A stretch of DNA of 64,000 nt, from positions 10,142 through 74,141 of the forward strand of contig JAWBAI010000007.1 in NCBI GenBank assembly GCA_038816475.1, written 5' to 3'. The notes below the pieces were generated by a model. It saw only the letters and a list, made by a program, of their open reading frames with translations, made no database searches and had not been told where the DNA came from. The position numbers and the translations under genes are program-made. The DNA is from Desulfurococcaceae archaeon. Lineage in GTDB: Archaea; Thermoproteota; Thermoprotei_A; Sulfolobales; Desulfurococcaceae. Of this stretch, positions 58,016 to 64,000 are shown piece after piece. Position 1 is the first letter of the stretch. Every line of letters starts with the position of its first letter.

Positions 58016-59395
58016 CTACTTTATTAGAATTTTACCTGGGTAAATGCTCAGCTTACAAATCTCCATGAGCACTCCAGTTGCTTTAACGGGAACTTCGACA
58101 ACATAGTTCATTACGGATTTATATACCTCCTTGATACCTCGCCGAGTTAACCTGTAGGTTCCTCCTGCTTTCGTAACAATACCACTTAGCTCTAAAACTT
58201 TCAATAGCAGTTTCACTTTGAACGGTATTTTTCTAAGACCTATTAACCTGAACGAATCTTCCGATATCTCAACAGCGCTCAGTTGATCAAAGAACAATCT
58301 CCATACTCTTGAGGTGTATTTCAATTTCCGAGAGTAAATAGCAGGCAATGCGTTCTTTTCTCCAATTGAACTAACGTACTCTTGTATGCTATGTACGTTT
58401 ATATACTGGTACGTACCAGTGTTACTCCAGGCACCTGCACCTAGACCTATTAGAGGACCCACTAGTTCCAGGTTTACTGTAGCATACTCATAGCGCTTCC
58501 TAGATGCAGAGTATACTCTTACAAGGTGTAAGCTGTTGTTCTCAGCAAACTCTACGGCTTCATCAATAAACGTATCAATGTGCTCTAGTTCTTGACTCAG
58601 CTTTTCGTACTCAGCGAGTTTGTAACCAGGAGAGTACTTTGGTACTACAGTTGGATAGAATGTTATTTGATGCACACCAAGCTCGTAGGACTTTTCAAGA
58701 TCTTCTCTGAACGCTTTCAACTTCTCATCTAAAGTAAGTTCTACATAGCCTTTAATACTGGGAGTAAGGAACATTACATCTACGTTAATCCACTTGAAAC
58801 CCGCTCTGATGCTGTTCTCAATAGCCTTAGCGTTGTCCTCGGGTGTGTGCTTTCTGCCTATTGACTTCAGGATTCTTCTATCGAAGCTCTGAACACCTAT
58901 ACTGACCTCGTCAACACCAACCGAGTAGAGCTCTTCTACGTACCTGTAATCCCTGAAGTCCTCCGGGTTAACCTCTATTCCTAACCCGCACTTAATGCTG
59001 AAAAACCGTGCTAGTGTGCTAACGAGCTCCTTGTACAACTTTGAAGGAACAAGGCTTGGGGTTCCACCACCCACATGTATTTCTACAACTCTAAGATTCT
59101 TATCCTCTAGGTGTTTACCGTAAATTTCAAGCTCCCTCAGCAGAGCTTTAAAGTATTTCTCGAGCTCGTGCTCACTCCTTAGTACATCTCTAAAGTAGGG
59201 GCAGAACATGCATATGGATCTACAGTAGGGTATGTGAACATATATGCCTACATCTCTGTTCTCAATGGTGTTCTTAACGTTGCTCAGGTGCTCGAGTGGA
59301 TCGTCAATTCTCCTGAACTTCAGGCTGATCTTCCTTCTGAGAAGAAAGTGTGTTCTAAGTCTCCCGGAGTCTAAGATCGGGGCGTCCGTGCTCAT
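58016..59395 (-). CDS. HemN/HemW-like radical SAM protein
   Basis: YVHIPYC..IC.FC, GGGTPS, S.GVQSF, G.GAGA. Confidence 0.9.
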   Translation of the reverse strand: MSTDAPILDSGRLRTHFLLRRKISLKFRRIDDPLEHLSNVKNTIENRDVGIYVHIPYCRSICMFCPYFRDVLRSEHELEKYFKALLRELEIYGKHLEDKNLRVVEIHVGGGTPSLVPSKLYKELVSTLARFFSIKCGLGIEVNPEDFRDYRYVEELYSVGVDEVSIGVQSFDRRILKSIGRKHTPEDNAKAIENSIRAGFKWINVDVMFLTPSIKGYVELTLDEKLKAFREDLEKSYELGVHQITFYPTVVPKYSPGYKLAEYEKLSQELEHIDTFIDEAVEFAENNSLHLVRVYSASRKRYEYATVNLELVGPLIGLGAGAWSNTGTYQYINVHSIQEYVSSIGEKNALPAIYSRKLKYTSRVWRLFFDQLSAVEISEDSFRLIGLRKIPFKVKLLLKVLELSGIVTKAGGTYRLTRRGIKEVYKSVMNYVVEVPVKATGVLMEICKLSIYPGKILIK

Positions 59396-59494
59396 GTCTG
59401 CTAACCATCATGGTTAGATCAAGGCTGAATTTTTAAGGTTCGAATGCGCGCTTACGTTGACACCCTGGTTTATGGTGCTCTATTATCTGAAGTG

Positions 59495-59923
59495 TTATGC
59501 TGATTGCCTGGAACCGCGGCTTTCAAGTAGTTTTTTGACTTTATCAATGAACTTCTCAGTGTTGACTATGAATCTCTCGTGAACACCTTCACCTATTAGT
59601 AAATCCCCGTAGTACGCTTTTACCTCGAATACTAACTTTCTACCCTCACGCAGAACTATCCTAGACTCTACTCTGATCGTTGAGCCAACTGGTGCTGGAT
59701 TAACGTGCTTTACGTTCACTAGAACACCAACCGTTGTGTAGCCCTCGGGAAGGTACCTTTGAACACAGTTCATTGATGTTCTCTCCATGAAAGCTATCAT
59801 TGAAGGTGTAGAAAGCACTCTTACGTTGCCACTACCCACATGCTTAGCAATGTGCTCTTCTCCAATCAAGAACTCCTCTGAGCAAACAACACCCAGAGGG
59901 ATTCTAAATTCGTTGTTCTCCAT
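59495..59923 (-). CDS. Hot-dog thioesterase (fluoroacetyl-CoA thioesterase FlK-like)
   Basis: VLSTP.MI..ME, TTVG....V.H..P, IG.G.HER. Confidence 0.9.
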   Translation of the reverse strand: MENNEFRIPLGVVCSEEFLIGEEHIAKHVGSGNVRVLSTPSMIAFMERTSMNCVQRYLPEGYTTVGVLVNVKHVNPAPVGSTIRVESRIVLREGRKLVFEVKAYYGDLLIGEGVHERFIVNTEKFIDKVKKLLESRGSRQSA

Positions 59924-60279
59924 GATTAATCACGCTGAACAGCGCTGTTAATCAATGAACTAATATCCAGGCTATACCTAAATAAACTAAGCTCACTCAG
60001 CATGGGACTTGCGCGAACATCATCACGTTATTGGGGAACGTGAGTACACCAGCGCGAAGAACCCGGGAAATACGCTTACTTATTGAGGATTTTTCTAAGC
60101 TCACATGCGAAGGGCGATCACAGGATACAACTCTAACTTGAGCATGAGCTTCAAACTGTTGAACACGAGCAGTGCTCGTGAACCCCTTAAAGAATATGTA
60201 GCTAAGTAGCTGGGTTGATCTACGGCGAAAAGTGCAACTTAGAAATGATTTCAAATGATTTTACGGTTTAAAAAGTATT

Positions 60280-60669
60280 CTAGAAGGATGGTTGTTGAGT
60301 TGTGGAAGGAGCCGTTGGCTTTTGCGGAGGTTCCCATGTTAATCCAAGTATACCTCCTATTAATCCAAGAATGAATCCTATGAGGAATCCGCCTCCTGAG
60401 ATGAACAGGCTTAGTATCGAGAATACAAGTACTAGTATTGATCCTGTTTTAACCTTACCAGGTTCACCGGTGTTTATCATAATTGCACCAACAATCATCA
60501 ATACACCGAGGAATAATCCAACAACTCCTACTGTTGCAACTACTCCACCAACTACTGGTAGTATTTCTCCTACTAACCCACCCGCAACGATTACGAGAAT
60601 ACTGGATAGTATTACGAGTACACCTCCTATTAGTGATAGTACAAAAGCTGCTGTTGGCTTCTCGGGCAT
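60280..60669 (-). CDS. Small Gly-rich membrane protein (DUF6114-like)
   Basis: PTAAFVLSLIGG; GGGFLIGFILGLIGGIL; 4 TM. Confidence 0.8.
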   Translation of the reverse strand: MPEKPTAAFVLSLIGGVLVILSSILVIVAGGLVGEILPVVGGVVATVGVVGLFLGVLMIVGAIMINTGEPGKVKTGSILVLVFSILSLFISGGGFLIGFILGLIGGILGLTWEPPQKPTAPSTTQQPSF

Positions 60670-60872
60670 AATCTCTACCCCTCGATACATATATTATAGT
60701 GCATCACAGTTATATGCGCTTTTTCACTCCAGAGAGCCTCCTTGCACGTTCATTTCAAGCTTCACATTTATTTACAGCCATCGGTGTGAGCAGAAGTGGT
60801 TACGAGCTCTTCTGGTCATACGTTTGTGATACCGATTAATGAGGGTCTAGGACCTCAACGAAGCTCATCCAG

Positions 60873-62832
60873 GGTGTGCAACTGTTATGATGTGTTAGGT
60901 TTATATAGGTTTTTGTAGGATTTTTTATGTTGGTGTAGGTTGTTTGGAGAGGTACTACTCTACTAGGGAGGTCTGCGGGATTCTCGGAGTAACCAATAGA
61001 ACTCTTAGGAGGTGGATTAAGGAAGGAAGGATCAAGGCTGTCAACGTCTATGGTAGGTGGAGGATTCCTGAGAGCGAGGTTAAGAGACTTCTCGGTCAAC
61101 CAGTTGAAGAGTTCAAGGAGGTTAAGCTCCTCAGAGCAGTTGTGTATGGACGTGTGAGTGGTTCCAGCCAGAAGAGGGAGCTCGAGAACCAGGTGGAGGC
61201 GTTGAAGAAGTACGTTGAGCAAAAGGGTTGGAAGCTCGTAGCAGTAGTAACAGATGTTGCCAGCGGTTTGAACGAGGATAGGAGAGGACTGAGGAAGGTT
61301 CTTGATATGGCTAAGAAGCATGAGTTCGACGTCCTGGTTGTTGCCTACAGGGACAGGCTAACAAGGTTCGGCTTCACATACCTACAGGAGCTGTTCAAAG
61401 CTTACGGTGTAAATGTGGTAGCTTTCTTCCAGGAGGAGCCGAAGGACTACGTGCAAGAACTCGTGGAGGACATGGTCGAAGTAGTAACGTCATTTGCGGC
61501 GAGGATATACGGTGAGAGAAGCTACAAGTACGAGAAGCTGGTGAAGTGTGTTGAAGAATCAACCAGAGAACCTTGAGAGAACCGTTGTACTGGTATCACC
61601 AGATCTCACTAAGAGAAAGCACACCATTCTCAGCTACGTCTACGAAGCCTACGGGGAGATACTTAGAGAAGCACTGGACTATATGTACTCTAAAGGTCTA
61701 ACCTCATGGGTGAAAGCAAAGAAAGAACTCTACAGGTACTTCAGGGAGAAGCATCCGGAGCTACCATCGCACTACATTCATGAAGCAATACGCGATGCAT
61801 CCACCAGGTTGAAGTCTTTCCTCAAGCTGAAGAAGAAAGGTCTTGCTTACACGGAGAAGCCAGAGGTTAAGCGGTGGAGTGTTGGCTGTGATAACCAGAT
61901 GTGGAAGCTTACTCTACAGGGAGTTTCAATAGCCACTCATAGAGGATGGGTTAAAGTACCGTTGCTACTCCACAAGCAGTTCTACAGGTACTACAATACT
62001 GGATGGGTTCTCAGAAGCACCTGCAGGTGGAAGCTTGAGAACGGAAAGCTCAAGCTCTACGTAGTGTTCTCCAAGAGCGTGGAGACCAGAGCAAGCTACA
62101 GCAAGGTTATCGGTGTGGATGTTAATGAGAACAACGTAACGCTCTTCATACTTCCCGACAATAAAGCAGTAACAGTTGTAACCAACCACAGCAGGATTGT
62201 CCTGGGCTACGCCTACAGGAGGAGAGCCATTCAGGAAAAGCATGGAAACAACTCGAGAGTCCTTAGGAAAGCTATGAGGAAGCTGAGAGAAGCAGACGTT
62301 AAGAAGGATTTGAGAAATAAGGTTGCATCCTTCGTGGTTAAGGTAGCTATTGTGGAGAACGCTATTGTTGTTCTGGAGAAGCTTCCCAAGAGGTTTCAGG
62401 ATAGAGCATTAGAGAAGAACGGGTTGAAGTCTCTGAATGCACATAGGCTTAAGCAATCAGCCATCAGAGGCATCCAGAAGCAGGTAGTAGAGAAAGCACT
62501 AGAGCATGATGTAAGAGTAGAGCTCGTAGACCCGAGAGGTACATCCAGAATGTGCCCCGTGTGCGGCTCCAGCCTAACTCTCATGACGGGCAATGCCCAG
62601 AGGAGAAGCTGGAGCCCTAGGTTCGTGAAGTGCACGAAGTGCGGTTTCACCCACGACAGAGACGTAATAGGAGCGTGGAACATAGCTCTAAAACTAGATG
62701 TGAGCCCTGTGCCGTTGGGCTCGAAGGGTGCTCATGACCCCCGCGTAGAGTGGCTAGTAGCCGCCGTGAACAGCGGGGCAAGAGGCACAACCCGCCCTAG
62801 GAAAACCTACAAAAACCTAGAGCGGGAAACGG
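60873..62832 (+). mobile_element. IS607-family insertion sequence (tnpA+tnpB)
   Basis: Both ends defined by homology with the MITE at 32111-32335. GG cores at both ends, no target duplication, 14-bp subterminal inverted repeat 60906-60919/62806-62819. Confidence 0.95.
60944..61576 (+). CDS. tnpA: IS607 TnpA serine recombinase
   Basis: N-terminal MerR-like HTH (TLRRW), YGRVS catalytic Ser, DVASG, DRLTRFGF, ELVED. Confidence 0.96.
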   Translation: MERYYSTREVCGILGVTNRTLRRWIKEGRIKAVNVYGRWRIPESEVKRLLGQPVEEFKEVKLLRAVVYGRVSGSSQKRELENQVEALKKYVEQKGWKLVAVVTDVASGLNEDRRGLRKVLDMAKKHEFDVLVVAYRDRLTRFGFTYLQELFKAYGVNVVAFFQEEPKDYVQELVEDMVEVVTSFAARIYGERSYKYEKLVKCVEESTREP

Positions 62833-62867
62833 TATCTAAAGACGTGGGAGTTCAGCGACTTTCCTGA
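61548..62867 (+). CDS. tnpB: TnpB RNA-guided endonuclease
   Basis: RuvC I GVDVN, RuvC II VLEKL, Zn finger CPVC/CTKC, RuvC III DRDVIGAWNI. Confidence 0.95.
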   Translation: MLKNQPENLERTVVLVSPDLTKRKHTILSYVYEAYGEILREALDYMYSKGLTSWVKAKKELYRYFREKHPELPSHYIHEAIRDASTRLKSFLKLKKKGLAYTEKPEVKRWSVGCDNQMWKLTLQGVSIATHRGWVKVPLLLHKQFYRYYNTGWVLRSTCRWKLENGKLKLYVVFSKSVETRASYSKVIGVDVNENNVTLFILPDNKAVTVVTNHSRIVLGYAYRRRAIQEKHGNNSRVLRKAMRKLREADVKKDLRNKVASFVVKVAIVENAIVVLEKLPKRFQDRALEKNGLKSLNAHRLKQSAIRGIQKQVVEKALEHDVRVELVDPRGTSRMCPVCGSSLTLMTGNAQRRSWSPRFVKCTKCGFTHDRDVIGAWNIALKLDVSPVPLGSKGAHDPRVEWLVAAVNSGARGTTRPRKTYKNLERETVSKDVGVQRLS

Positions 62868-63327
62868 ACCTCAAGAGGGTGATGAGGTTTCAAGACTAGT
62901 GCATGGGAACAGAGATGAGTCAATGACGACGTATAACACGAATTCGCGCCCGTGCTGAACCATCTACGGGGAGCCATGCGCTATCCGCAACGTTAACGTC
63001 GGGACTCGGCCGTTCGTATCTACTTCAGTTCCGATCCTCTTCACGACCTTTACAGGTCCTAAAGATGAGAGAGGCATCGAAAGCGCTTCGATGCGATCGA
63101 ACCTAAAGCCATGGATCGATTAATTCATTCTACGTACTAAACTAAAAGAACCTCTCTGATTGAAATTATAGGCTTGAAAACATGTTATGAAACCAGGTAG
63201 AATGATTCAACGGATTATACTGTATTTCAACGTGTACTACCTGCACAGTTGTTAAGAAATATTCTCCCTAAGTCAGCAGATAGCTTCGGAAGTCAGAGTT
63301 TAGATCTCTAGAGTAAGCGAATGTAAT

Positions 63328-63753
63328 TTAGGTCTTGTACTGCTGGATCAGCTTAAGAACTACGCTGTAAACCTTTAACGCGTAGTTGAGAGCTTCTTCC
63401 GCGTCAAACCTGTCATAGAGCTCGTCTGGTGGAATACCGCTTTCCTCATCCCCATACATAGAGAGTTCTCTTTCTCTGCGTAGTTTCCTCGATATGCGTG
63501 CTAATTCTGGTATCTCGGCTTGAAACCACTCGGGAAACCTCTGCGCTTCTTTTTTGAGAACGGGTCCTACATCGTGCCATTTCGGCGTTTCGACACCAAC
63601 TAATCTTAGTGCTGCTTTAAGAAGTAGTTCAACCGATTCTTGGCATTGCCTAACTACGTACGGATAATTGCCTTCTTCAAGTGCCTCCTTCGCGTGTCGA
63701 ATTCTCTCCTCAGCTTGTCTTAGGTAGGATCGCGCCATGGATACGTTGTTCAC
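63328..63753 (-). CDS. HEPN-domain protein
   Basis: CQESVELLLKA.L, PKWHDV, RELSMYGDEE. Confidence 0.92.
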   Translation of the reverse strand: MNNVSMARSYLRQAEERIRHAKEALEEGNYPYVVRQCQESVELLLKAALRLVGVETPKWHDVGPVLKKEAQRFPEWFQAEIPELARISRKLRRERELSMYGDEESGIPPDELYDRFDAEEALNYALKVYSVVLKLIQQYKT

Positions 63754-64000
63754 AGCTCTATTACCTCACCGAACCTGTAGTCTTTTTTAAGTCTCCAGTA
63801 CCATTTTCTACCATACCTTACTCTCTCTGCTCCAAGTTCTCTAAGTTTCTCTCTAAGATTGTTCAAAACGTTTGTGAAGAAGTCCTCTCTGTCGTACAGT
63901 ACTACAGCATCTTCAACCATGTCTAGGTAAAGCGGTGATACCCTCTTCGCCTCGTTAACACTTTTTATGATTGGTGAGAAATCAACATAGTACCCTTGAG
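63750..64000 (-). CDS. Minimal nucleotidyltransferase (MNT), 3' part; runs off the window edge
   Basis: Minus frame reads ...DFSPIIKS..EA...SPLYLDMVEDAVVLYD...LGAERV..G.KWYW.LK......EVIEL*; GTGA overlap with the HEPN start. Confidence 0.88.
   Translation of the reverse strand, partial: QGYYVDFSPIIKSVNEAKRVSPLYLDMVEDAVVLYDREDFFTNVLNNLREKLRELGAERVRYGRKWYWRLKKDYRFGEVIEL

Noticed and set aside
59995-60028. Minus-strand GTGATGA...CTGA
   Set aside because: Only one box pair with a 19-nt spacer; no second C/D unit.
60164-60180. Palindrome CACGAGCA-G-TGCTCGTG
   Set aside because: Single short occurrence with no promoter context.
62879-62958. Possible C/D sRNA right of IS607 (GTGATGA...ATGA...ATGACGA...CTGA)
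   Set aside because: Guide spacings of ~29 and ~25 nt are atypical, and the region reads as a decayed ORF.

Overview
Chromosomal segment of an anaerobic (hyper)thermophilic crenarchaeon, probably Desulfurococcales. This is inferred from rps25e, the archaeal-type ProRS, a tungsten AOR, a V-type c subunit, GGTGA Shine-Dalgarno sites and C/D sRNAs. Most of the window is housekeeping: proS, a full A/V-type ATP synthase operon, a stand-alone NurA-HerA pair, solo Cas4, AOR, an Mrp/Mbh-type antiporter module, hypDCE, a pterin cluster (mptE-mptD-dmrX-DHPS-like), tRNA-Ile(GAU) and tRNA-Gly(CCC), an intact IS607 (tnpA+tnpB) and an MNT-HEPN pair. The intergenic DNA carries unannotated RNAs: four C/D-box sRNA candidates, one H/ACA-like RNA, and a 225-bp IS607-derived MITE that keeps the promoter and the putative TnpB omegaRNA scaffold. 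The most striking element is at 44554-44735 (minus strand). It is a free-standing 70-bp RNA hairpin (12 of 12 non-Watson-Crick positions are G-U, GAAA tetraloop) mounted on a canonical bulge-helix-bulge splicing motif. It is predicted to be excised and ligated into a 161-nt dumbbell-shaped circular RNA of unknown function. All family assignments come from motif recognition, without database searches.
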